Of a stretch of DNA of 64,000 nt, positions 1-14,390 are shown one piece after another; within the stretch, counting starts at the first letter, position 1, and every line of letters starts with the position of its first letter. Location of the stretch: assembly GCF_009914755.1 (NCBI RefSeq), contig NC_060933.1; one strand, written 5' to 3'. Below the pieces are notes generated by a model. That model did no database searches and was not told the origin of the DNA. It saw only the letters and a list, made by a program, of their open reading frames with translations. Both the position numbers and the translations under genes were made by a program. Origin of the DNA: the human T2T-CHM13v2.0 reference genome, Homo sapiens.

Positions 1-376
<376 letters not shown>

Positions 377-541
377 TTATGGAAAACAAATGAACTGGTT
401 GATCCAACTCCTGTCTGTGTCCACTGCTACCATTTTGGAGTGAGCTCTTGTTAGGTCGCCACTCACCCAGGCTCCAGTGATACCCTAATTGGTTTCCTTC
501 TGTTAATGGCCTTCATTGCTTTTTCTGCAGCGCAGTCAATC

Positions 542-1005
542 TGTCAGGTAGGGCTCTCTAGAAGCAGAGCCTGCAATAGCAATTATTGAGCAACTTTTCT
601 TGAGAGAATAACCTTATGAGAGGGGAATAGTAAGTAGGGTGAGACAAAGATGAGATCTACCTAAGCCAGGATGATCTCAGCACAAGACTGGCTCAGCCTG
701 ACACCCAGAGTTTTGGAGCATGGATTGCATTACAGAGTTGGCCTGACGTTGAGGCTAGAGGAATAGCCCTTTATACCATGTGTCAGTCAGTCACTGGCTA
801 CAGGTTGTCCAGGCGAGGCAACTCCCTTAAGTCTGAAGAAGTGCTCAGGAGAGAACAGGGCACTTGTGAGCCCTTAGCTACCAACAATAGTATGCGGGGG
901 TGCAATGCAGAGGCCTAGTAAAGTGGGACTGAATGGAGCAGCACCCTTTAATTTAAAAGAAGAAGAAAATGGATATTGATTAGAAACACAGCAGCATCTG
1001 CCGCA
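542..1005 (-). mobile_element. Old ERVL-class solo LTR (LTR16/LTR33-like)
   Basis: Starts TGTCAGGTAGGGCTCTCTAGAAGCAGAGCCTG, resembling the reverse-complemented LTR16/33 3' end; boundaries approximate. Confidence 0.55.
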
Positions 1006-1468
1006 GTTAGAAAAAGCATGACTATGTGGTGTTTCTGTAAGAACATGAGAGAATGTCAGTGAAGCACATCATAACAGTGATTGGAGCATGAGTTCTCAGT
1101 CAATGGCAGTTATTTTGATTGTGACAGAGATTGAGATGTTTATAACTTGAATAGCTGGCACTAGAATTCCTATTACAGAAGAATTCCTAATGTTGAAGTA
1201 CTAGTTTGATGAGCTGCTTGGGATAAAATTGAAACTTCAAAGTTATGCCCATTGGCAGGAGTTAAAGCAGCAAAGGGGGCACCAAAACTATCTTGTGTGA
1301 GAAAAGGAGACCAATTTAGTTTTTGCTCCGGAGAAGAGAAAAGACAGAAGAGAAGGGAGGGGAAGGAGGGAGATGCGGGAAGGAGGGAGATGCAGGAAGG
1401 AGAGCCAGGATCATGCTAGAGAAGCTCAGAGGGAATTAGCTGGCCAAGCAGTGGGGAATTAACTTTTA

Positions 1469-1799
<331 letters not shown>

Positions 1800-2015
1800 A
1801 AAGAATATAAGGCTTATGTTTACAGTAATTTTTGTTACACCTCCATATCTTCCGTAAGGTTATTGAAAATAAACTAATGGGTTACATGTATATGTGTCTT
1901 TTTTTGGTGAAAATTGAGGGAGAAAATAAATCTTATTTATGAGATAGGATGTTTGAATCATAGAGAAAGAATAATCTATAAAGTGAAGAAGTTGGAATTC
2001 TCAGCCAGAGGTGAC

Positions 2016-2559
2016 TGTACTATCTGGAATATCCTGAGAAACAGAACCAATAGCAGAGACAGAGGGAGAGCGAGAAAGACTTACTATAGGTAATTAGCTT
2101 ATGTAATTCTGGAGGCTGAGAAGTCAAGTTCGCAGTTGGCAAGCTGGAGACCCAGGAGAGCCAATGGGAGAGTTCCAGTCTGAGTCTGAAGGCCTGAGCA
2201 CCACGAGAGTCAATGGTGGAAGTTCCAGTCTGAAAACTGGCAGGCTCAAAATCCAAGAAGAGCCAATATTTCAGTTTAGTCTGAAGACAAGAAAAAAGTC
2301 ATGACCCAGTTCAAACAGTCAGGCAGGAGTTTTCTCTTTCTTACTGGAAGGTCAGAGTAATTTTAGTTCTATTCAGGCCTTCAACTGATGGAGTAAGGAC
2401 TACTCACATTAGGGAGAGAAGCTCGCTTTACTCAGTCTACTGATTCAAATGTTAATTTCATCCAAAAGCACCATCACAGACATAGCTGGGATAATGTTTC
2501 ATTAAACATCTGGGCACCTCATGACATAGTCAAATTTCCACATGAAATTATTCATCGCA
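2016..2559 (-). mobile_element. MLT2-type LTR, 3' LTR of ERVL provirus
   Basis: TG...CA termini and MLT2 motifs (TTGGCAAGCTGGAGACCCAGG, CTTTACTCAGTCTACTGATTCAAATG); the minus-strand polypurine tract GACAAGAGGTGGACT abuts it at 2560. Confidence 0.9.
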
Positions 2560-5500
2560 AGTCCACCTCTTGTCAACTTGGCATCCATACACATCTCCTT
2601 AAACTATGCTTAATCTCCAAATAAAGAAAATAGCAAGGCCATGCTTCTGTCTAATATATCATCATCCCATGTACCACTGAAGACACACCTACCCCTTCCC
2701 CAGAAAAGGAGGTATAATCCTCGAATGATGTTTACTTTTCTCCTTGATATCCTGCAACTTAAATGTTATAATATAAAATCAACAACACTTAAATGCAATG
2801 ATATAGTCAATACATCCCTTATAAGGGAATAAGACAGCAGAAAAACAATAATATTTGCTTAATGCACCCACACACATTTGTATGTATTCATAACAAAAAA
2901 GGAGGAAATGCTGATAACAATTTCAATCTTGATTTCTGTAACTGGTCATGTGGTCATAGCTGGTATTTATAGCTACCTTCTTCCACTAAGCACCTCACTT
3001 CTTCCACTAAGCACCTCAGCTGGTCGTGATTATTTCCTTGTTGGGATGACCCAAGGCTTCATTCCTGAAGGGTCTGGGCCATTAGTTGTCCTGCCTGGAT
3101 TAGGTGGTTGTCATTTTCCATTGACCATAATTACAGAATATTATAATCCCAAGGACACCCTAAGGGTATATATATTGCAGACACACCCTTCCTTATCTCC
3201 ATTTGGAAGTACGAGTCCAAGTTCCCCTTGCCAGTTAAGATCAATAACCAGAACTAGCCCAGTAACTCTCTTCCTTGCCTGTTGATTTACAGGCATGAGG
3301 AATCCAAAGCCACTGGGTAACAGTTTTAATTTCCAGTTCTATAAAGGCATTGTTGTGTCTCTTGGTGGAAGCAATCCTTCATTTGAAACAGACTTCTAGG
3401 CCAGCAGATCATAAAGTTGTAGGATCAAGAGGCAAACATTTTGCTAGTAGGTCACTAGGAATAACGGTGAGTGAGACCACTCCCACTTTCTTCCCTTGAT
3501 TCCTGGACCTGTGAATTCTGCCTTTTGGAGAAACAGCATCATATTTTCGATGCTGATTTAAAGCATGCAGACTCCTGAGGAATCTTTCCCCAGCTCAGTA
3601 CTGCCACCTGGCTGACACTGTAACTGAGTCTGCAAAAGGCCATTCCATCATTCTACCAAACCAGCTACTTCAGGATGGTAGGAAACATAGTAAAGTCGAT
3701 GAATTCCATGAACATGGACCCATTGCTGCACTTCTTTTGCTGTTAACTGAATTCCCTGATCAGAAGCACTGCTGTATGGAAAACAATGACTGTGGTTAAA
3801 GCATTCTGTAAGCCCATGGATGGTAGCTTGGGTAGAAACATTGCATGTAGGGAAGGCAATTCTATATCCAGAGTATCTGTTCCAGTAAGAATAAAACACT
3901 GCCCTTTCCATGATGAAAGTGGCCCAATGTAATCAATCTGTCACCAGGTAGCTGGCTTATTACCCCAGGTGCATATCAAGGATTCAGAGTTGGTCTGCGT
4001 TGCAAGCATACTGGACCGTCACAGTGGCCATGGCCAGGTTGACCTTGGTGAGTGGGAGTCCATGTAGGCTAAGTCTCCATCCTGCCACTATGGATACTTT
4101 GTTCCTAAGTCTACTGGGAGATGACAGAAGTGGCTGGCGAAAGAGGCTGATAGGTATCCACAGAATGGGTCATCCTATCCACTTGATTTTTAAAATTCTT
4201 CTCTGCTGAGGTCATCCTTTGGTGAGCATCCACATGGGACACAAATATCACCATGGTTTTGTCACTCATTCAGAGAGGTCCACCCACACATACCTCTTTC
4301 CCAGGTTTCCTTGTCACCAATCTTCTAATTATGTTTACACATTATGCCATTTGTTCTTTCCAAGCAAAGTGAACAACCTGGTGCACTATTTGAAGTTGAG
4401 TCCACTGGGACAACTTCTCTTCACCACTGTCCAGGGATGTCCCAGAGAGGGGCTACAGTGCTGCAGCTATCCACTTTCAGATGATTCCTGAATATTATGC
4501 AAAACCCTCTGTAATCCAGGCCCAAGTCTTCTCTTCTTTAGTCAACTGATAATGGGGAGCTCCCCATGGGACCATAAGTGCAGGCTGCGAGAGAAAGGTC
4601 AGTGTAGCAGATGTGGGGACCATGGGCTTTTGGGTCACTTTTTCATGTAACTTACTTGTGCCTCAGAGCCTGCTCAGACCTAATCATGTGTATACCACTT
4701 CCATTAAATGCTGGAGTGCTCCTCTGCATGCCTAGCTTCATAGCTTGGTGAATCAGATAACACCCAGCTCATCACATGCAGCTCAGATCACATGGCAACT
4801 TGGTGGCCCAGGGTTACGAGTTCTGTATCTACTAAGGTCTAGTAGCAGGCCAAGAGTTGTTTCTCAAAAGGAGAGGAGTTATTCACAGAAGATGGCAGGA
4901 CTTTGCTCCAATATTCTAAGGCCCTGTGCTGTTACTCACTTATAGGGCTTGTCAAAGTCTCCAAACACCATCCTATCTGCCACTGGCACTTCAAGCACCA
5001 TTGGATCTGCTAGATCATACGGCCCAAGCAGCAGAGAAGCTTGCACAGCAGCCTGGACTGCTACAGAGCCTTCTCTTATTCTGGGTCCCACTCAAAAGCA
5101 GCAGTTTTCTAGGTCACTCAGTAGATGGGTCAGAGTAACACATGCAAATGAGGAGTATGATGCCTCCAAAATCCAAAGAGGTCCACAGAGTGTTGAGTCT
5201 CTTTTTTTCGTTGTAGGAGAGACCAGAAGCAACATCACCTTAAAAGGAATATCTTGATGTGCCCAACATCACTAGACCTCTCGAAATTGTACTGAGGTAG
5301 AAGGCCCCAGCATTTTAGTTGGATTTATTAACCACTCCCTGACATGTATGTCTTACCAGTAATGCCATCAGTGTAACGGACCAGTAATATCTTGTGGAAG
5401 TAAAAGGTAATCAAGATCCCTGCCAACTAAATTTTAACATCGGTCTAGAAAGTTGACATATCTGTGAGGCAGGATAGCGAAGATGGATTGCTGGCCTTGT

Positions 5501-6409
5501 CTGCTGAAAGAAAATTGCTTGTAATGAGACTTATGAACAGATACAGAGGAAAAAAAGCATTTGTCATGTCAATGGCTGCATATCAGAGGATGTGTTAATT
5601 TATTCAATGAAACCACATCTGATACAGCAGCTGCAATTGGAGTTACTATCTAGTTAAGCTTACTGTAATCTGTCATTCTCCAAAATTCATTTGTTTTCTG
5701 CACAGTTCAAATAGGTGAATTGAATGGGGGATGTGGTGGGAATCACCACCCTTGCATATTTCAAATCCTTAATGGTAGCATTAATGTTTGCAACCTCTCC
5801 AGGAATGCAGTACTAACTTTGATTTACTACTTTCCAAGGCAGAGACAGTTCTAGCGGCTTCCATTTAGCCTATCTCACCATAATAACCCTTGTCCCTTAC
5901 ACAAGTTAAGGAACCAATGTAGGGTTCTTCCAGCTTCTGAGTATATCTATTCTAATCATGCATTCTGGAAACAAGAAATAACCACAGGATGGATTTTGGG
6001 ACTCACTGGGACCACTGTGAGACAGACATGGGATAAAACTCCCTGAATCACCTGATCTCCATAAGTCCTTACTTTGACTGGTGACCCACAGAGGGGGTTT
6101 AGGTCTCCTGGAATTAGTGTCAGTTCAGGGCCAGTGTCCAGTAGTTTCTAATAGGTCTGATTATTTCCTTTTCCCCGTTGCATAGTTACCCTGCTAAATG
6201 GTACCTTACTTTTGGGGAAGTTGTGAGGAAGTTTAACAGTGTAATTATTTTTGCAGTGTATGGTGCTCCTTCCTCAAGAGTACTTGGCCTCCCCTCCAGG
6301 GGGTTCTGGGGCTATAAACTGGCTCTAATATGGGAATTGATTGAGGAGTTGTGACTCTGGTCTAGGTTAAACTTATATTCACTTGACCTAGGAATTTTCT
6401 CTTACCCAG

Positions 6410-6814
6410 TGATACAGTTTGGATATATATCCCCAGCCAAATCTCAGGTTGAACTGTAATCCCCAGTATTGGAGGTGGGGTCTGGTGGAAGATGACTGGA
6501 TCATGGGGGTGGAGTTCTCATGAATGGTTTGGCACCATTCCCTTGGTGCTGTTCTCATGACAGTGGGTGCCTTCTCATGAGATCTGGCTGTTTAAAAGTG
6601 TGGCACCTAACTCTCTCTCTTTTGCTCCAGCTTTCACCATGTGACATGGAAGCTCCTGCTTTGCCTTCCACCATGATCCTGAGGCCTCCCCAGAAACAGA
6701 TGTCAGTGCTAATGCTTCCTTGTAGAACCATGAGCTACTTAAACTTCTTTCCTTATAAATTACCCAGTCTCAACTATTTCTTTATAGCAATGCAAGAACA
6801 GCCTTATGTATACA
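6410..6814 (+). mobile_element. MSTB-like MaLR solo LTR nested in ERVL
   Basis: TGATACAGTTTGGAT...AAATTACCCAGTCTC..TTCTTTATAGCAATG...TACA; interrupts ERVL gag. Confidence 0.88.
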
Positions 6815-7232
6815 GAGAAAGTAAGAATTTAGTAGTCTTCCAGAGTATTTCACCTCTAGAACCATCATGCTCAACTAACCAACACCATAAATCTGCACAA
6901 GTGAGATGATTCTGATTGCTGTCTTGAGTCTGCCTCCCTTACAGGAACCACACCCACTCTCACTTTGGTACCACCCCTTGGCTCCTGCCATCCTGGGATC
7001 CAATTACTCCCATTGTCTAGATTTTCCAAACAGTGACTGCATTCTCCACTGTAAGGTCTGGCAATCACAAAGCTCTTCAGAGACACTTAGGCTCTCCTTA
7101 CAAATTGATTTCTCACAATAGCAGTGAAAAGAAGTACATCTTCTGTTTTCTCCCAATGAGGGTGGTTAGATCTGAAATGGCAAATCTATTCTAACATTCC
7201 GATCTCCCTAAGCCTTTGAATGCTTTCCTCTA

Positions 7233-8108
7233 CAGATGGTCCCCTTTAAGATGGTTCCTGTTGCAATGGTGTGAAAGTGATGCACATTTAGTAGAAACCA
7301 CACTTTGAATTTTGAATCTTGATCTTTTCCCAGGTTAGATCTGCTGTATAACACTCTGTTGCAATGCTGGGCAGCTGCAGGGAGCCACAGATCCCAGCCA
7401 CCCACACCATCACAAGGGTAAATGACCAATACTCAGCTGTGTACTGTGAGTGTGCTGTGTTGCCAGTGGTTTTTATTTTTTATACTTTTAATGTTTTAAT
7501 TTTTTCTTATTTTTCATAAGTTATTGGGGGTACAGGTGGTATTTGGTTACATGAGTAAGTTCCTTAGTGGTGATTCGTGAGATGTAGGTGCACACATCAC
7601 CCAAGCAGTGTACACTGTACCATATTTGTAGTCTTTCATCCCTTGCCCCCCTCCCACTTTTCCCCCCAAGTCCCCAAAGTCCATTGTATCATTTTGCATT
7701 CTCAAGCTTCATCAGAAGAGAGAGAAACCAATGACCCTGTCACTATAACCTCTCCATCAGCCAGCAATTAATTTTAGTTCAATGTTTCAAATTTTCTTCA
7801 GGCTCCGCGCACTTTCAGCTGTGTACACTAATGGTTAGTACCCATACAAGTATTCTGTTTTTCACTTTCAGTATGGTATTCAATAAATTAGGTCAGCTAT
7901 TCATTACTTTAGTATAAAATAGGCTTTGTGTTAGGTGATTTTGCTCAACTATAGAATAAAGTAAGTGTTCTGAGCATGTTTAAAGTAGGATAGGCTAAGC
8001 TATGATGTTTGGTAGGTTAAGTGTATTAAATGCAGTTTGACTTGCAATATTTTCAAGTTATGGTAGCTTTATTGGGATGTAACCTTATAGTAACTAGAGG
8101 GGTATCTA
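7233..8108 (-). mobile_element. Tigger5/MER47-family DNA transposon nested in ERVL
   Basis: Termini CAGATGGTCCCC and GAGGGGTATCT, with TA on both sides (7231-7232, 8109-8110); the ERVL sequence rejoins as TTTCCTC-TA-CATTCAACC. Confidence 0.8.
7470..7700 (-). mobile_element. L1PB-type 3' end nested in the Tigger element
   Basis: T-rich tail then GGGGTACAGGTGGTATTTGGTTACATG...CCCCAAAGTCCATTGTATCATT. Confidence 0.85.
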
Positions 8109-9295
8109 TACATTCAACCAAGGCAGGTCTGGCATTTCCAACTTACTCACTGTAGGCCACCTTTTGGTCTAGGCTTTAGTCAACCACAGAAAGTGTTAGA
8201 GCCCTTTCTGACTCCTGAGACGCACATTAACTGTATAATCTATGCTTAGTAAAAGTAATTTCAGCCTGAGGTAAGTTGGTGTTCCTCCACCAATATCTCT
8301 CACACTTAATATCCATTCTCACATGTTTCCTAGGTTTCTGTCTGTATAATTTTAAAAACTCAAACAATTATTGTAGAGTGTAGCACACCTCCTCATGGGC
8401 CACACTTTATACCTCACCTTTAGGGGCCCGCTGAGATGAGTCTAGTTCTAGATCCAGAAGCAAAGAGAGATGGTAGGCATGGTTCCTGAGAATATTCAGC
8501 ATTTTCTTGATGGCAGCTTCCTCAGGGGAGGCCACTAAAATTTCATCAGTCACTAAGAGGTTACTCTCTTCAAATGGGGGTAGAGAGGCTGCTCCCCCTG
8601 GGGCTGGGGAGACATCTTCCAGCAGAAAAGAACTTAGTGGTTCAGTGTTTCCAGCTTCATCCAGGTCTTCCCTCACATCACATCCCCACTCCAATATTCA
8701 GATTCCATTCCTTCCCAATCAATGCCCTCACTTTCCCCATAAATACTCTACAAGGCTGGGAGTTCAAACTTACATTGTAATTCAGCCAGTCACAGGATGA
8801 GTTTCTGGGCTTCATTTTCAGCAATCTTAGACCTGAAATTACAGGAGATAAATGTCTCCTTCAGGGCACACATAGAAGCTTTCAGATCATTTAGGTAGCA
8901 TTTGAGCTGGGAATTTTAATCGTTAAGCTCATCTTTCTCTTTCTATACTTTGTCCAGCACCATTAGGAACAATCAGTCCTGAACTGTTATATTCAATAGC
9001 TTGTCGGAAATGTTTGAAAGTACCATATACACAGTCATCCATATCCATGCTTTTTGTAAGTAGTTGATTAGGACTATCCAAGGGTGATATTTTGCATATT
9101 TCTATTGCCAAATCACGCCAGGTACTGTGAGTGCTTTCTTTACCACTGGAAACAGAACCACTAGCATCTTTAATTCTAATCAGATTAGAAAGCCAATTCT
9201 GGAAACTTCAGAACAAATTCAAGAAATTTATTCTTAAAATTTTGTTTCTCTAGAACCACTGTTAGTACTAAATCACACTAATCTCAGTACTAATC

Positions 9296-9686
9296 TGTAT
9301 TAGTCACGTACCTTCCAAAAGAAAAAAACCCAGAACCCACTAGATGCTTAGATGGATATGTGGACACATAGGTACATTTATTGTAAGAAATTGGTTTATG
9401 TGATTACAGAGACTGAGGAGTCCAAAATTTGCAGTTGGCAAGCTAGAGACCCAGGGAAGTTGGTAATGTAGGTCCACCCCAATTCCAAAGGCCTGAATAC
9501 CAGGAAAGCTGATGGTGTAAGTTCCAGTCCCAGTCTGAGTCCAAAGGCAGAAGGACACTGATATCCTGTTCAAAGACTATCATAGAGAAACAATTATTTA
9601 TTACTCAAACTTTCATTCCATTCAGGCCTTCAAGGAACGATATGAGGTCCACCTACAATGTGGAGAGCAATCTGCTTTACTCAGTC
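9296..9686 (-). mobile_element. MLT2-type LTR, truncated 5' LTR of ERVL
   Basis: Homologous to 2016-2559 (GCAGTTGGCAAGCT.GAGACCCAGG, ATTCAGGCCTTCAA, GCTTTACTCAGTC); similarity stops at ~9686. Confidence 0.85.
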
Positions 9687-10932
9687 ATACCTGGGAGGCT
9701 TCAAGACTTCCGAGGAGGGTGTTAAACTTCCTTCAGACATGGAATTAAATTTTGATTCAATTTTATCCAACTGTCTTGGGAAAAGGGGAATGCTTCACCT
9801 ACTGGATGGTTTAAATTATTTTGTTGTAATCATTATAAAAATGTGTACATCTGTGGACAAAAAGAAACAATGAATGAGCCAAATACATACTTGGAAATTC
9901 ACAAAAATGTTAGTTTTATATAGACATAATCTGATAAGCTTGGAAATTTTAAAAAAATGCTTTTCGAATAAGCTCAGTGTTTACAATAGTCTTGTTTCTT
10001 TTACTTGTCAAAGGCTCTGCTATCTGAAAATATTCAAACCATGAGTTTCATGGGCCCTGCCTGTGAGAAAATGTGCATTTTCCACATAAAATCCATTTCC
10101 TTGTCAGATAATTTACAACTCACCCTGTTTAAACAGACTCTGTATTTAAAGCTAGAAGATTTATCACACAGCAAGTTCAACCTCAGGAATTCCATATAAG
10201 TCCACAAGCACATGTGTCTAAAAACTGTTGAGTAAGTAAATTCAATGATGAAAACTGTAATTTATATCAAGGATGAGAAATACTCTCTTTGTAGGTCTAT
10301 TGTCAATGACTAATATATGAAGAATTAATGCAGTTGATCATCTAAATAATGCTACACATGTCTGTTTCCATTGGCCTGTGGACAAGAACATGTGTCAGTA
10401 AAAAAAAGAGTTTTGAAATAAATCTCAGATATTATGATTGTTTCATTTTCTCTAATAAAATGTGAACATTTATTCATTCTTGGAAAATAATTTTGAATAG
10501 AGGTATATTCAGGTATATGTGTTATATTCCTTTATTGTTAACTTTATAGGCATTAGTTTCATTAATTAAATATAATGTGGCTTTGGTGGAATGAAAAAAC
10601 ACTAGCCTGAAGCTGAACTGGTCACTTTTCAGTTTTGTGTTTGGTGGGTGTGGACAGACATGATGTAATTCTTTGGAGAATTGAGACAACTTGGGAGATT
10701 TACAGGGCACATATGATCGTATTTCCATTAGTGAAATTGTCACACATTAAAGACAGAGTAGGCATATTAGAGCTAAAATGTATTCAAAGGACCTTTATCA
10801 AATAAATGTCAGTTGTGGAAATAAATGTTAAGTTGGAATATGTGAAAGACAAATGGAAAATAAAGGGAGACCATTCATTCACGGACAGGTAGAGAAACAT
10901 TCAGTGAAAGCTAAAAAGATTGAAATAGGGTC

Positions 10933-11461
<529 letters not shown>

Positions 11462-11848
11462 GAAAGGCGATTTATTTGTTTTCAGATAAGTGACATTTAG
11501 ATAACAATTTGAAACGTTGATAGAAAGTTCCAGTAGGATGGGAATTATTGAAAGAACAAGAGAGTAGGGAAATAGTTGACAGGAGATGCCAGGAGGTGGA
11601 CGGAGAGCACAAGTAGACAGATTTTACTTTCCCGGAGGGATTCCTCAACTGGATTGGAAGGGAAGGCAACAAAAAGTGACTGGGACATAGCGTGATTTTA
11701 AAGGCAGAATACATCAAAGTCTGGGGGTAGTTGATGCAGAAGACTTTGAACAAATGTGAATATGTCTTTATGGAATGTTCCCATCCTGCACCAATATAAG
11801 TGTGCTGCTAAACCAGAGAGAGCTCTCTGGAAGGGACTTCCTTGCTAG

Positions 11849-12381
11849 TGTTACAAGAAAGGGGTCCCTATACAGACCCCAAGAGAGGGTTCTTGGATCT
11901 CGTGAAAGAAAGAATTCAGGGCCAGTCCACGGTGCAAAGCAAAAGCAAATTTATTAAGAAAGTAAAGTGGCGAAAGAACAGCTACTCCATAGACAGAGCC
12001 AGGAGTTCCCAAAAGGAAGAAGAGGAACGCGTCCACCCTAGGTACAACGCTTGTTTATATATAGGATAAATAAAGATCATGGGAAGATGTGCTATGCTAC
12101 AAGGGTTTGTGATAAAGGATTAATTTTCTTATGTTTTGCAAGGATCGATATTATTATCTTTAAAGCAAAATTAGGAATGCTTCTGTTCTCAAGATATCAG
12201 GATATCAAGACAATCCCAAGTCTGGGCCTGTTTAGTAAACATTATCAATCTGTTCTCTTAGCAGTAAACATCTAGAGGCTAGGAATGCCTAACTTTCTAT
12301 GAATGCAGCCCAGCAAGTCCCAGCCTTATTTTCTTAGCCTTCACTCAAGATGGAATCATTCTGGCTGGAAAGCCTTTGACA
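11849..12381 (-). mobile_element. MER41-family ERV1 solo LTR
   Basis: TGTTAC...TGACA termini; 4-bp TSD CTAG; CAGACCCCAAGAGAGGGTTCTTGGATCTC and GAATGCAGCCCAGC..CAAGATGG motifs. Confidence 0.85.
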
Positions 12382-13024
12382 CTAGGAAAAGCACAAATTG
12401 TATAAGTGGAACAATTTGGAAACAAGAGTCAGGTAGTCTTTCTTTAGACACAACACGACTTTGACATAACAATTGCAAATAATGCTTTGCAACCACGTCA
12501 ATAGTGGTATCTTGAGGGGAACTACAGAATTTGAAAATAAATGTACTCTTTACCTAATTACTAATTTTTTTCATTTATTCTTATGTCTTACAAATATGAT
12601 TATATTTGTTTAGGAATAAAAATTTGTTTCTTAAGGAATTCATCTATTTTTGTTGTAGTTCCCATTGGAAAACACATTTTTTTTTTTTGTTAGAATAGTA
12701 TAATCCCAATAAGTGACCTGTATTCATGAAGGCTAAGAATAGAAACAAGTAATGGTAGCTCAGAGGCTCAGGTTGGAACATAATGGCTCTGCCTCCTGAG
12801 AAGACGGAAGGTCTAATATTACATTAGACCACATGTGGCATCTTTATATTTGCTAAGGGATAGTTAGTGCTTGCATTTCTCAAAACAGTCTTACATTATC
12901 ACAATCTGCTTTCAACTAGTTCAAAATTCAAGCTTAGTGGATTTTTTTCCACAGTAGTCATGCTAATGTAAATAGCACATTTGCAGTGAAAGTGTTCCGG
13001 TTTTATTCGTAAGATGTTTTAGGG

Positions 13025-13160
13025 CAGCGCTTCTCAAATTGTAATGTGCAAGATCCTTATGATCATGTTAAATGCAGATTCCAAGTCAACATAGGTGTAA
13101 GTAGGAAAGTCTGCATTTCAAACAAGCTCCCAAGTGAGGTTGGTGCCTTGCATAGTAAAG
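13025..13160. mobile_element. MER5-type hAT-Charlie remnant
   Basis: CAGCGCTTCTCAAA...AAATGCAGATT...TCTGCATTTCAAACAAGCTCCC. Confidence 0.65.
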
Positions 13161-13833
13161 TTGTCGTTTGCAGTTAGATACCCGCTTACCAACAGAAAGT
13201 GACCAGTTAAGAAGAAACACATGCTCACCAAATGCTTATCTCAATAAATTTCTTTACACAGACTTATTAAAATCAACTTAACATACGATACACATGACAC
13301 ATATAACATACCTGTCTTTAGAAAAATAAATTGATTGTTTTTTTGTCTGCCATATATGCCAAATAAATGGAAAACTGAAGATAATTTTTTTGGTTAAAAT
13401 GTGGTCTTCGCATTAAAATTAGTTTGAAGGGTATTTTTCTGAAAAAAGAATCTCTCTTTCTCCATATATATAATATTTAACATTTAACTTTAATTTGAAG
13501 TAACATTTGCAAGAACCATGCTGTAAGGTAGTTTCCAGGGACCAAATTGTTAAAATAGATGTTTGTAATCAATACTTAACTGATGTGAACGTTTTGTATT
13601 ATGACATTAAAGAGGGAATTCTTATTTGAACTCTGCATTAGCTGAAAGTTCAGTGCATTCTGTAGCTTTCATATGAATTTATTCCACTACATTAGGTTCT
13701 AGATTTTAATATTTGTAGAGTTGGCTGAATGCAGTAGGGAAAATGTCTTTTGCTCTTAGAAGTCATGAGAACTAAGGAGTCACAAGGTGATTTAGTGCAT
13801 TTAAGCCAGATTTCATCCTGTGAAATCCAGGAG

Positions 13834-13837
<4 letters not shown>

Positions 13838-13875
<38 letters not shown>
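13838..13875. repeat. Pure poly-T tract (38 nt)
   Basis: Direct count of uninterrupted T. Confidence 0.95.
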
Positions 13876-13877
<2 letters not shown>

Positions 13878-14067
13878 CCAAAATTAGTTACTTTAAGAAA
13901 CAAAGAATAGAAATTCCTTTAACAAAGAAAATTCTGTCTGGTAATCTAGTTGACATAAAGATAATAAGATACTGAATTTTTTAATGATTTCTTTGAGTCT
14001 AGGATGTGCCCAAGGAAACCTGCCCCTTGGCAGGAAAATAGTAGACATTTTCTTGAAACTATCGACT

Positions 14068-14390
14068 CATGCAACAACTTGGATAAATCTCAGTGGCGTT
14101 ATGGTGAGTGAACAAAGTCATTCAAAAAGTTCATACTGTATTGATTCCATTATATGACATTCTCAAAAGATAAAACTATAGGGATAGAAAATAGATCGGT
14201 GATTGCCAGTGCTTGGTGGCATAAGGGAGGCTTTGATAAAGAGGCAGCATGTGGGAATTTTTTTAGGGTGATAGAAATGTATCTTATTGTGGTGATCGTT
14301 ATATATATGTCTTAGAATTTATAGAAATGTGCACCACAAAAAGGTCAATTTTACTGTATGATAATTATAAAAACAAAAGAAAATAGAAAA
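14068..14390 (+). mobile_element. Old L1M (L1MC/ME-type) 3' end
   Basis: CATGCAACAACTTGGATAAATCTC...ATACTGTATTGATTCCATT...TTTTACTGTATG then A-rich tail. Confidence 0.75.

Larger units (their letters stand above)
2560..9295 (-). mobile_element. ERVL/HERV-L internal region (gag-pro-pol), decayed
   Basis: Minus-strand protease LLDTGPEL (6121-6144), RT motif AAIDMTNAF (~5556-5580), degenerate YxDD as YTDG (5364-5375), integrase core ORF 3648-3911 (YSGY..TIHGLTEC..ASDQG..HPEVAGLVE); many stops and frameshifts. Confidence 0.92.

Noticed and set aside
3648-3911. Integrase ORF as a domesticated gene
   Set aside because: Short and frameshifted at its start; the surrounding pol is disrupted and the RT YxDD motif is lost.
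13809-13875. Hairpin GATTTCA-TCCTG-TGAAATC followed by a T tract, resembling an intrinsic terminator
   Set aside because: The DNA is human, the stem is only 7 bp, and it is 10 nt from the T run; chance is likely.
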